Assembly: GCA_002269645.1 (NCBI GenBank)
Contig: NIVC01001190.1
Coordinates: forward strand, 62,001 to 126,000
From: Macrostomum lignano
Taxonomy: Eukaryota
DNA: 64,000 nt
Reading direction: 5' to 3'
The notes under the pieces are model-generated. The model was not told the DNA's origin, ran no database searches, and saw only the letters and a program-made list of their open reading frames with translations. This document shows, in pieces, positions 16,044 to 29,443 of this stretch. Both the position numbers and the translations under genes were made by a program. How positions within the stretch are numbered: the stretch's first letter is position 1; each line of letters begins with the position of its first letter.

Positions 16044-16985
16044 ATGAGCAGCACAGAAGGCGCAAATGCAAGTGCAATTGGCGACCCACAGCGAGGGTCC
16101 CAACAAGCAGCAGCCCAACAGTCAAGCAGAGATACAGCCAACAGAATGAGTATCAACATTTCGCCACCGCAGCCGTTTCTGCCAGCCGCTGGAGCACCGC
16201 TGATTGAATGGAACCGATGGAAAGCAATGTTCAGCAATTACCTGCTAGCATCGGGAGCCATCGATCTGCCGGAGCAAAGAAAACAAGCGTTGCTCATCCA
16301 CTGTTTGGGTGCAGAGGGACAAAACATCTCCATGTCTCTACAGGCCAGCAGCAATCAGGAGGAAGGAGAGCAACCGCCATCAACAGTTGATGACACGCTG
16401 GAGCTTCTGGACACGCACTTCGGACCCAAGGTCAACGTAGTTGCTGAGAGGCACAGATTCCGACAGAGAGCTCAGCGACCGGGCGAGAAGATCAGCGACT
16501 TCGTTGCCGCGCTGCGAAACCTGGCTTCAAACTGCGACTTCAAGACCTTCCAGGAGGAGATGCTGCGTGACCAGCTCGTCGAGAAAGTGCTCAGCAACCA
16601 CATCAGGGACCGACTGCTTATGGAGCCGGAGCTGACCTTGGCGACAGCTGTGCAGTCGGCGGAGCGACTGGAAACTGGACTGCTGGAGGCCCAGGCCATC
16701 AAGGGAGGCAGCCACGCAGACCCAAGCAGCTCGTGTGGAGTCCAGCAGATCAGCAAGGCCAAGAACAGTGGAGCAGCGGCAAGACAGCACGAGGCACTGA
16801 AGCCGACAACCGACGGCCGGAGCTGCGGCTACTGTGGCTCAGTGGCGCATTTCGGTGGACAGACTTGCCCAGCGAATGGGCAGAAGTTCAAGTCCTGCGG
16901 CAAGCGCGGGCACTTTGCCAGAGTCTGCAGGAGCGGCAACCGAGTGCGGCAGCTTCAGGATGAGTACTCCATCTGCACTGTGTAG
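16044..16985 (+). CDS. Gypsy Gag
   Basis: WNRWKAMFSNYL..RKQALLIHCLG..ERHRFRQRAQRPGEKISDFVAALRNLASNCDF..MLRDQLV; C-terminal Cys/His knuckle region, with C>F in the second knuckle. Confidence 0.9.
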   Translation: MSSTEGANASAIGDPQRGSQQAAAQQSSRDTANRMSINISPPQPFLPAAGAPLIEWNRWKAMFSNYLLASGAIDLPEQRKQALLIHCLGAEGQNISMSLQASSNQEEGEQPPSTVDDTLELLDTHFGPKVNVVAERHRFRQRAQRPGEKISDFVAALRNLASNCDFKTFQEEMLRDQLVEKVLSNHIRDRLLMEPELTLATAVQSAERLETGLLEAQAIKGGSHADPSSSCGVQQISKAKNSGAAARQHEALKPTTDGRSCGYCGSVAHFGGQTCPANGQKFKSCGKRGHFARVCRSGNRVRQLQDEYSICTV

Positions 16986-17015
16986 ACAGCTGCGGCAGCA
17001 AGCAAGCACTGCGAA

Positions 17016-17894
17016 GTGCTGCTGAACGGGAGGCCTGTCAAGCTGCTCATTGACTCCGGTTCGCGAGTCTCCATCATCACCAAGACGACGTACAACAGAC
17101 TTCTGTCCAACGTGCCCCTGCAGGCGTCATCACGGAAGCTGGTCGCTTTCAACGGCAGCAAGATCTGCGTGCTTGGTGACATCCTGACCTCGGTGCAACT
17201 CAAGGACAAAGTACTTGACGTAATGCCTTACGTCAACCTTAGCGTGGTCAATACTGGATCTGACATCCTGGGGTGCGACCTCATGGATCAGCTGGGACTG
17301 TGGATCGTCACTGCAGACGGTGGGCGAGTGCAGACAGTCGGCACCAGAGCCCTGCCTGACTGGATCCCAGGCCGGTTCGACCAGTTGACTCAGGGACTCG
17401 GACACATCAAAGGATTTCAGCACAGGCCGCGAGTCAACCCCGCGGTGCAACCGACTGCTCAACCGTTGCGCAGAGTGCCGCTCAGCTTAAGAGAGTCGGT
17501 TCAAAAGAAGTTCAAGTGTCTCGAAAGAACCCGACCGCCCCAATTCCGGGTCGGCAACCTGGTGCGAGTGCGATCTCCGCGGATGCGAGGCAAGCTGCAG
17601 AGCCACGTGTCACCACCTCTACGGGTCAGCGACATCATCAGCCAGACGATCGTCAGGTTAGAGGACGGCTCAAGGTGGCACACCAGCCTCTGTATGCCTC
17701 ATACGGAGCCCGAGGGTGCCAGCACGACTTCGGCAACGGCAATGCCGCCACAGCCGCTAGTGGCTGCAGAGCCGGCAGCGCCAGAAGGCCCGACGGACCC
17801 GCCGCCGGCGACCGCTGAGGCCGACGCGGAGCTGCGGCGCAGTACGCGACTGCGGGCACCACCGTTGTGGTACGGCCAGGTCGTGACGCATTGA
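17016..17894 (+). CDS. Gypsy aspartic protease + RT start fused in frame to a post-integrase tail
   Basis: LLIDSGSRVSII protease motif; PTAQPLRRVPLSLRESVQKK (RT start) joins FRVGNLVRVR..RLEDGSRWH (IN tail). RT, RNase H and IN cores are absent. Confidence 0.85.
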   Translation: MLLNGRPVKLLIDSGSRVSIITKTTYNRLLSNVPLQASSRKLVAFNGSKICVLGDILTSVQLKDKVLDVMPYVNLSVVNTGSDILGCDLMDQLGLWIVTADGGRVQTVGTRALPDWIPGRFDQLTQGLGHIKGFQHRPRVNPAVQPTAQPLRRVPLSLRESVQKKFKCLERTRPPQFRVGNLVRVRSPRMRGKLQSHVSPPLRVSDIISQTIVRLEDGSRWHTSLCMPHTEPEGASTTSATAMPPQPLVAAEPAAPEGPTDPPPATAEADAELRRSTRLRAPPLWYGQVVTH

Positions 17895-20139
17895 TTGCCA
17901 GCTGTGAAGGGAATTAGTGACTGTTAAGTAGGAGGGTGAATGTTGTAAAGTGAGTTTACTCACTGGTTTGTTTTGCTAGTCGGTGTTTGGGGGTCAAGGG
18001 ATGCGATGTACATGCGCGCTCTGTTTGTATATGTACATGCGTTCTCGAGTAAATATAAGAATAGCTCCACCCTTCGGGTGAGGGTTTGAATTTTGTTTGT
18101 TGGACTAAACCTGACTGGCTTTCTCTCGCTCACTACAATCAGCAAAGGTGCCGGAGCCTCCTTGAAGTTGATATGAAAATCCTTGAACACACCACCGCAG
18201 TCCAGCTCCCAGTCGATGGCACTCCAGAAACTCTCGGCACCCCAGATGACTGCGGCTGCGCCCGACCGGCTGCTGTCAGTCTCCATGGCAAACTCCTCAT
18301 CAAAGCGCGGCCACAAAGCCACCGGGAGAGCCAAGCCAGGGCTCTGAGCCACCAGGACAGGTTGGCGCGGGTCTCATCGGTCACCCAAAGCTTGCAGTCA
18401 ACAGCAGTTGTCAGCCAGTCGAAGGCGGACGCAGGAAGACTCTGACATGAGGGACAATCTGACAGAACCAGCAAAGCTTGCTAATTAGCTTCTGAGCAGA
18501 ACGCAGGTGCACCCGAGTCTCCGAGCAGGTTTAAGTCAGCAGCTTCGTCGCCTCGAGATTCTTCTCCTCGGGCAGCGACTTGGTGTCGGTAGCGGTGTTG
18601 ATGCGCACGTCAGGGAAGTCGATGCATTGCGTAGGCCTGACAACCTTATCCCAGTTGATGGTCAAGCAGAGGTGCTGCAAGATGTCCAGCAGGCAATTGA
18701 AAGCAGCAAAAGCCTCGGACTCAGATTTCTCAGCAGCTGCCCAGTAATCCAGGTAGTTCACCGTAGCAGAAAAGCCAAGCCGGCGCATGTGCCGGGTAAC
18801 GGCGGCTGAAAGACGGTGGAAAACTTCGCAAGCAGCTTTGGCGCCAAAGGAAAGCCTGGTGTCGCAGATCAGACTGTCCTGTCTGTCTGAGTCAAACCGC
18901 CAGGCGAGGCCGACGAGCCGGTAGTCAACAGGCCTGATTGGCACGGACTTGTAGGCGCTTTTGAGATCACTTTTGGCCATGTAGCGTCCCGGACGGAGAT
19001 GACGGACCAGCTGCAGGACAGTGCAGTACTTGATGTGCTTCCTTTGGTCGTAAAAGTCCTTGACAGCCTGGCCGGTCGGATAGGACAGATCATGGATCAG
19101 GCGGACCCGCTCGTCGGACTTGGGAAGGGCGCCGATGGGGCTGACTTAAGTTGATCTGGCCTTTTGGTTCAGCTGAGGGGGCTCCTCACCCCACGCCATG
19201 CCCGTCTCCGCCACCAGCCTCCAGTAGTCCTCGTCAAACTCTCAGATTACGGACTCCGGGTAGTCAGCGGCCAGCAGCTCTCCAATCTTGTGATTGTACT
19301 CAAGGGCAGCTTCGGCTCCTGCTTTTTGAATGTGTGAGAGCAATTCTCTAATGTAGCGACCAACTGCTCCTGACTAGCTGAGCCAGGTCTTCTGGATAGC
19401 TCGATGTAGTCTCGGACCAGATGCAGCTTGCGACTCGGAGCCTGAAAATTAGCGGCATGAAGCTGAGCCGCCTCCCTTATCTCAGGTTCAAAAACCTCGG
19501 ACAACTGCAGGCCGGCATGTGAGTTTTTTCTCACCTGATGATGATGCTGAGCCGTCAAGCGCTGCTGAGTGTGAAGCTGTTGCTGAAGATCCTGACGACG
19601 GCCTTCCAGGACTTGCAGTTCGAGCAGCGCCACATCCTACTGCAGCGCCGCCAGCCGGTCGCTCCCGCCCCCGGAGGCGCCGATGCTGTCCTCGGCGTCA
19701 GGAGTAGAAGAAGTCATCTTGGAGTCGTTGAAGTCTTCGTCAGCTTGCTCTAAGCCGAGTGCAGTGGACAACCGTTTTGCGAGCTGTTTTTTGCAGCTTG
19801 CAGTCTTGCAGCTCAGGCTTGAATTGGCTTGACTTGGCACACGTTGAGTCGCTTTGGGCTGGCGGCAGAGACAAGCCGGGCCGGGGTGCAGAGGCTTTGA
19901 GCCGGCTGGCAAGGCCAACATCCTCATACCTCAACCCCCGCCGTAGTACAGAGGCATGTACAGCGGGACTCTCCGGCGAGTCTAACACACCCTACTCAGA
20001 GAGTAACGATAGCAAGAAAACATGGAGAAAATATTGCAGTTTTTCAATTTGCACTCGCCAAATACTGGTATGTCTTGACTTACGTGACCTAGCTTCATGG
20101 GGCGTCCGGCGGATGCAGCGAGGAGGCGGAGGAGACCGC

Positions 20140-21235
20140 CCATTCAGCTAGTCCCTGGCGACCAATGACTTCCGTTGAAGTGATGTCGCTCATGGGGACT
20201 TGTCGGTCTCACCCACAGCGCGGTCCTCCTCACCGACGGTGGGGAAGAACTCAGCTCGTCCCGTGTCCCTGAGGTACCGGGCGAGCAGCGGGATGCTCTC
20301 GGGTTTGCAAACGTCGGAGAGAACCAGGTTTGGTCGGAGGTGAGTGAGCCTGGCCCTGGTGAAAACCGGGCAGTGGCAGATAAAATGCTCGGCGTTTTCA
20401 CTGCCTGAGCGGCAGAAGGGGCACCGCTCCTCGGGTACTTGGCCCTGGAAGAAGCGGTGGCGAGAGAAGCAGCCATGCCCGGAGAGGGCCATGCTAACTG
20501 CTCTGAGGTCTCTGCGGTTGAGCCTGAGGAGGGCTCTACGCAGGAGAGGAGAGGGGCAGTGGACGGCCGCACGGGATTGCCTACAATTCCGGGGGTCGTG
20601 CCACCTGCGGAGATGCTCGGAGTCAGTCCAGCGCTTAACGCGGGAGTTGATCACCGAGGCGGGGATGGGGGCCCCGGGCCTGGCCCCAGCAGCACGCCGG
20701 CGGAGCCAGCTTTGGCCAGCAGGTCGGCGCGCTCATTGTTGAGGAAACCGGCGTGGCCCGGGATCCATCTGAGCTCCACCTGGTTGCCTGGCGCAAGCCC
20801 GTTGATCTGGGGTTGCAGTCCAGTACGGACCTGGAGCTGGTGGTGCTGCGGCAGAGGGCCCGAAGGGCTGCTTGGCTGTCGGAGTGAAAAATCCAACCGC
20901 TAAGCTGCCTTCGGCGCAGCTCTGCCGCGCAGGAGCTGATGGCAAGCACATCGCTCGAAAAACACTGGAGTTGAGCCCAGTGTGCTGGGAGTAGCTCCAC
21001 ACAACTTCTTCCTTAAAGAAGAGGCAAGCTCCGAAGCCTGAAAGACCATGCCTCATAGAGCCGTCAGTGTAACAGTCGGCTTCGGAATCGCTCCAGCTGT
21101 CACTCGCCTCGTGTCAAGGCTGAATAGTGACCTTATACCTTTGGCTCTGGAGGAGGGTAGTGAGGATGTTGAGCCCGCTACACTCCTCGAGAACCTTGAG
21201 GCAAAGGTCAGAGTGCAGGATAAGCGACCGCCAAA
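20140..21235 (-). mobile_element. 5'-truncated RNase H-bearing LINE (I/R1/Tad1-like)
   Basis: YTDGS...HSDSQAALRAL...VELRWIPGHAGFLNNERADLLAKAG RNase H, then CPFCRSGSENAEHFICHCP C-terminal knuckle; frameshifted. Confidence 0.85.
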
Positions 21236-21662
21236 TAAGTCACTGTTTGTGTCCTCTCACAAATGTTATAACGTACTCCGTAGAAGTTATTTATGTAAAC
21301 TTGCTCGTATTTAAACGCATTCTAGTTTGGCATCAAACAGGGTTGATTCTGGACAGACCTTTATTTCTTTAGTAATCGAGTCTATATTTGAAAATACAGC
21401 AGATTTAGCATTGGATTGAACAATTTCACCAGGCACACTTTGCATATTAACTGAATTTGAGTTGCGCGAAACTGAAGCAGCTCCAATCGCTGGAGTCTGG
21501 ATTAATAAAATTCAAAGAATGTCTTGAATAAATATTTGAATTAAAAGTTTCAACAAAGTGAACTACTAATATCTTCTCAATTTAGAGCGTTTCCGAACTC
21601 AAGTGACGAAAAGTTCAGTTTAGTAACCCACACTAGGCGTAGAGCCTTTGAAGTAAGAATCA

Positions 21663-22871
21663 CTATTCTATGTCAAATGGTGACAGGCATTCACAAAACG
21701 CGCCATCTACATGTATATGGCGATGTTTGCTTCTCAGAAACATCATACAGTCGTTCAGCAATGGAAATGCGTTCACACTGCACGCAAAATTTTCTTCTAT
21801 GTCTTTAGCGTGATAATTATCAGGCTGTCCTTTCTGCCACAGACTGGGATCAATGGGGATCCGGCAGGTGTGCCAAAACCAGCCGCCTGCCGGTTCCTTG
21901 CTTCCGGGATCTTGACTGCCTCCAAGGAAGTACCTCCAAGAATCCCGTGGCCGTCTGAACCATCTGGCATGCAGCTCCCTCAAGTAAAAGTACTTGGCCC
22001 TGTCGATCGGCTCGGCCATGATGGTGAGTCCCCGCTCCGCGTTGCAGCTGGCCAAGGCCGAGTCCCAGCGACGCGAGCGCGGCCGAACGAACTTGTACTT
22101 CACGCCACACCTGGCGACGGGTTGCGTAGAGAAGCGTTATCGCCTTTGACTCTCGTAACAAGGACACTGCGTTCGATTCTTGATTCGTTAAAATCAGCCT
22201 GGGGCTATTCATGGAATTCGAGTTAATGAGGACCAACCCGAAAGCACAGAGTGACAAAGCACCGAGGGCGGCCAATGGGTCAGCAAAGCGGCAACACTTC
22301 CTACTCGCTTGCTGGCACACAGGAAACCCAAAAGACAGCCCAGGGCGCTAAGCGAAGCAAAAACGCACGCACCTGTCGTGATGAAAGTCGGCCGGACACA
22401 AGGCGCCCGGTCGCAAGCCCGGCTGTCGCCTCACGTACAGCTTGGCAGCGCGATTGCAGCTGCACTTGCGCACGTTCTTGCTGCACTTGTCAAACAAAAA
22501 CAGTCTGCAGTGTCCACCCATCGTTGTGAAGGCTTGGCAGGTCTTGAATAAACTGCAGACTGCTGCGCATCTCTTGCGCGATTTTATGAAAACGAATCTT
22601 GAAACGTACTTGGACTCGATGCAGTCCCAGCCGAAAACTGGATGGTAGTTTTTCAGATAAGCTGGCTTGTCTGAATCTGGCTGGTCTGAAATCGGTTCAA
22701 AGCGGTATCAGAGGCTTGCACAAAGCTATCTGTGCGGTACCTGGTTCAAAGAAGATAATACTCTTGGAAATGTGGGACCTTCTTTTAGCTCTCACCTGCC
22801 CAGTCAGCGGCTGCAATCAGGCTCAGGGCGAGAACAACCAGTCCGATGGCGAGCTTGTTATAATTGCTCAT
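21663..22871 (-). CDS. Secreted PAN/apple + C-type lectin, copy 2, intact, about 278 aa (exons 22871-22796, 22685-22373, 22110-21663)
   Basis: Signal peptide; GT-AG introns with compatible phases (76+313+448 nt); CTLD with QPDN and LND motifs and conserved Cys; no stops. Confidence 0.85.
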
Positions 22872-23769
22872 GTTGGGCAGCAATTTTGGAGTATTTGTAT
22901 TTTCCAGATAGAATGCTTCTTGAGCAGTGCGGTAGCCACTGCTTATTGCACACACACTGCTGTGAATTCACCTGTATATATATTCAATAATGCAGTTTTA
23001 ATTCAGGGATATGCAAGAGGGACGAAAGCGAAATCTTTGCCACTCACAAAAACGTTAGGTTTCCCGGTTTTGTTCAGGCCGGATATCTTGGATTTCCGAA
23101 CTCGTAAATTCGCGGCATCCTGTGTGGAATATCCCGGCTTCTTAGCATATTTAATACCGCAATGAGAGCGCCGAAGTGAGTGCACTCATTCTGTTTGAGC
23201 TTGGAATAGGTGTACAGTTTATTTTTGGGCTGGAGTGGAGAGAGATGGAGTGGAGAGAGAAGAAAAAAGAGATGGTCGCGCGCTTCACCTTGGCATGATG
23301 CTGTGATGCCCAAGAAGCGACGAGATGAAATTCTTTCAAATGCGTTAGCTATTTTCTCCAGCTTACAATAGTGAGTCGGGTAAAGTGCGTAGGCAGCGCA
23401 AGGACCACTAGAAGTAATCTGGAAGCAACACCCATTTTGTTAAACTATTAGAAGGCTCACTTGTTAGCATTGCACCTAAGATTTAAGTGCTCATAATTCT
23501 GGATTAACTGCGCTTGACATGATAAATTTTCGGCAGGTTGCTTGAAATTTTGTTCTCTCTAAGACTGCAACTTCTGGGTTGGAGATACGGCTATCTGAAA
23601 TTGACTACAATTTGCAGCCATACAACTAAAATTTAATTTTTTGTTTTTCTAAACTAGCATTGCGTAGCGTAGCAGCCTATGCGGAGTGCCTTGATACTTT
23701 TTCTTCCATAGATGTAATAGTCAGTGAAATAATTAGCAAGTCCCTGTATGTAAACTCATCACACAATTT

Positions 23770-26336
<2,567 letters not shown>

Positions 26337-26904
26337 TGCCATTAGCTTCAAGGCTGCGTGACTCACCTGCAAAGCCGTGCATTGCTGGCAGCAATTAATA
26401 TTTGCTGCATCTCGCCAATTCTACTGGAAGGCGTTCTCCCCTTCATCGGGGATCTGGAAGGCTTCTGCTCTCCCTCTCGTGGGCCAACGCATCCCAGGCT
26501 CCATCGGCTCCCTCATCAAGGCTGACTGACACCGGGCCTGACACACACGCAGGGTCTGAGGGGATCTTTATCTCATCCCAATTTTGTCCAAGGGTTCCTT
26601 TTGCTTGTGCCTCCAATCTTTTTTCACCTAAAGTTGTTGCAGTCTTCGAGTTAGATCAACTTGTTAAACATATGCATAGCGATTATAGCAGCCTGACATA
26701 TTTATGTTCCCAATACGTGTTTGTAATGTTTGTGAACTTTGTTGTTCACGAGTTAATAAATACTTTAGAGCTCGCTTCAGCTGGACTCAATTTAATGACT
26801 GCCTCTTCCAATGATGCTAAATATGTTTAAACTGACGCGATATTTATTTATTTATTTATTTATTTTCTGTAGGACAGACCGTCTTATCTGCTGAGTGCCA
26901 ATTG

Positions 26905-27122
26905 TTTTGGGGAAGAGAGGCTGGGTGTGAAGAACCACCCAGACACGACTGTACATTGCTTTGGGGAAAAGAGTCTGGGGTGTGAAGAACCGCCCAGTCA
27001 CGAGTGTACATTGTCTTGGGGAAGAGAGTCTAGCGTGTGAGGAACCGCCCAGTCACGAGTGTACATCGTCTTGGGGAAGAGAGGCTGGGTGTGAAGAACC
27101 GCCCAGTCACTAGTGTACGTTG
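26905..27122. repeat. Short diverged copy of the 55-bp array, about 4 units
   Basis: Homologous to 13215-13990; cut off at the palindrome arm. Confidence 0.85.
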
Positions 27123-28940
27123 TTTTTGTTTTAAAACGACGTGCTCAAAAAATCAGTTTTTCCCTTTGTTATTTTCGGTCTAATTATTTATCATCACAAC
27201 GATTGACTATTAAATTGAGATATATGTGCTAGACGACTGTATGAAATACATGTAAGAATTTGTTGAGTAAGACATGCCCTAGATTGTTTCAGTTTCAGTT
27301 TCAAGTAGTTTTTCTATTATTAGTTGTAACATAATAATAATTGTTAGAGTCACCACGATTCTCAATGATAGTCAGAAAGTTTCGATGCAATTAAAAACTC
27401 TCTCGATGCTTTGCGTATAAACGAGTAATCGATTGAATCAATTGTGCACTTGACTACGTAGCACGCAGAAACTGCAGGGTTTTCAGATGTTTTGACGCAA
27501 AAAACGCAAATTATACTACTATCTGAAAATGAAGTAAGTAGTATACAAAAACGCTATCCTAAGCGTGATATGCCAATATGTAGTTGTAATAATCCATGTG
27601 CTCATATTAATTCCATGTACATTAATCCCTATCTATCTCAAAATGGATATGTACATTAATTCCATGTACATTAATCCCTATCTATCTCAAATTGGATATG
27701 TACATTATTCCCATGTACATTAATCCATATCTCAAATTGTCTATCCCCAATTCTATATGTATGCAGTATGTGCATTAATCTACAGTGTCATCCCCAGCGC
27801 GCGCGCGCGCACCAAAATTACAACTCGAAAACCTACTACAAGTACAGTTGTACAATCCCATCTAAATGAGTCAACTAATTGTGTAGCCTACAACGTAAAT
27901 GTATATTTCCAATGTACATTTCTCAGACATTTGAATAATACGGGTCGGAGTCTATATGTACATCGATAGCCTCTATACTCATATCCGCTACATACCCCAA
28001 AAATTAGGTATGTACATTTTCACCCTCGGAGAATGTAGGTTTGAATATGCTGATAATTTATTCGAAATCACTTATAAAATACACATACTTTCATATAGAG
28101 GCGGGCCTGTACAAACTCTCGCCAAGCAATGGGGTGGAGGTTGCGTCATTCAAGTCTCTCCCAAGTCTGCCCCCCAAATACAAGACTGTGTTGAAGCAGT
28201 GCTTTATATTTCTATATTGACAGTGTGGATGATACAAGACCTTTAATTGGTAATTATCAACTGCTACTGCTTTACGGTATATCCTCACCCCTCGAAGCCC
28301 CTATACTGAATGTTGAATCACCCTTTAACTCGGACCATAGTCAAATTCAACCCTGTTCGAAAACAGCCACCCCTCCGATGTTTACCAGACACAGCGCAGA
28401 CCCCATAACAAATCGAGCTAAATTTTAACACTCGCCCCTGTTTTCTCTGTCCCCCCTTCTAAATGCCAAGGAATTTCGACCCTCTCTCCATTTTCAGTGT
28501 ACAGACAGATCTTTCCACAGCACAGACCATATATTAAACTTCAAAACCCCTCTCTTCTCCGATTACGTCATCCATGCCGCCCCAGTTAGCAAGAAACCAA
28601 CTTTTAATGCACACATCAACCCCCGCGAGCAAATCCGAGTCCGCCAACCTCTACCTGCATTGACAAACCCCAGCTGCATTTGTAAATGTACACAGCCTAT
28701 GAATCAGTGTCTCCACCGCATGCAATTCTGATTTACTTGATTCTAAACTTTGTAAATAGTATAAGTCACCCTTGCGTTTACTAGAAGTAGTGAAGTCCAC
28801 AAATTTAAATACGTGAGGCTATTCAATTCTGCCTCTCCCCTGCCTTCTCACTTCAAGCGTTCAGACTTGGTCTTTGAGACGGTTTAATCTGTTAGAAGCA
28901 GGAATGAATCATGCACTGACCTCTCCACACAAAGTAAAGT
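27123..28940 (+). repeat. Left arm of a long inverted repeat (1818 bp)
   Basis: Reverse complement of 29444-31210; differs by a ~51-bp tandem unit and a few small changes. Confidence 0.95.
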
Positions 28941-29443
28941 TGGAATTTCAAACAAGAAATTAGGTTATTTTGAAAGCTAAATGACTAGAAATGCACATTT
29001 TTTTTTCATTAAAATGCAGCTTTTCACCGTTTTTTTTACGATTTTAACCTTAAAATGCAGACTTTGTTGATCAAAATCAGTAGTTTCATCACTAGAAACC
29101 ATACTTTCAACAGCTAATTTGTCCAAATATCGCTTTCAACTTGACCTTAGACAGCTTTTAAGCAGGAATGAACCCCACACAAACATCCACAAGCCAGCCC
29201 AAAATCAGCCAAAGACATGGCTATTGAAGCCTAAATTGCTAGAAATGAGCATTTTTTCATAAGAAAATACAATTTTTCACAGTTTTTACGCATTTTTTAC
29301 GTTAAAATTTTTGCAGGTTTTTTTGCATAATTTTTGCAGGTCAAGGAGCATTAATACATGAACTAACACTCCTATTTTACATTCATTGAGAGGCGGCGGC
29401 GCGGGCGGAGGCGGCAGTAGAGACAGGGACTGTGCTGCGCTGT

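Larger units (their letters stand above)
15768..18137 (+). mobile_element. Internally deleted Ty3/Gypsy LTR retrotransposon, 2.37 kb
   Basis: 197-bp LTRs TG...CA at 15768-15964 and 17941-18137 with 2 mismatches; 5-bp TSD ATCAG; PBS-like ttttggcg; PPT agtaggagggtgaa. Confidence 0.95.
15240..20040 (-). mobile_element. Degenerate DIRS/Ngaro-type tyrosine-recombinase retrotransposon (gag-RT-RNase H-YR N-terminus), interrupted by an LTR element
   Basis: RT SPIGALPKSDERVRLIHDLSYP...MAKSDLKSAY...DTRLSFG...VNYLDY (18531-19150). RNase H ETDSS..G..HINFKE continues across the LTR insert. YR N-terminal-like LAENSWRSYLSQLR..LCRYIGHL at ~15250-15400. gag-like ORF 19247-19633. Confidence 0.75.

Noticed and set aside
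28391-28527. RSS/Transib-like CACAG motifs (cacagcgcagac, cacagcacagac)
   Set aside because: Not CACAGTG, no nonamer, and not at element ends.
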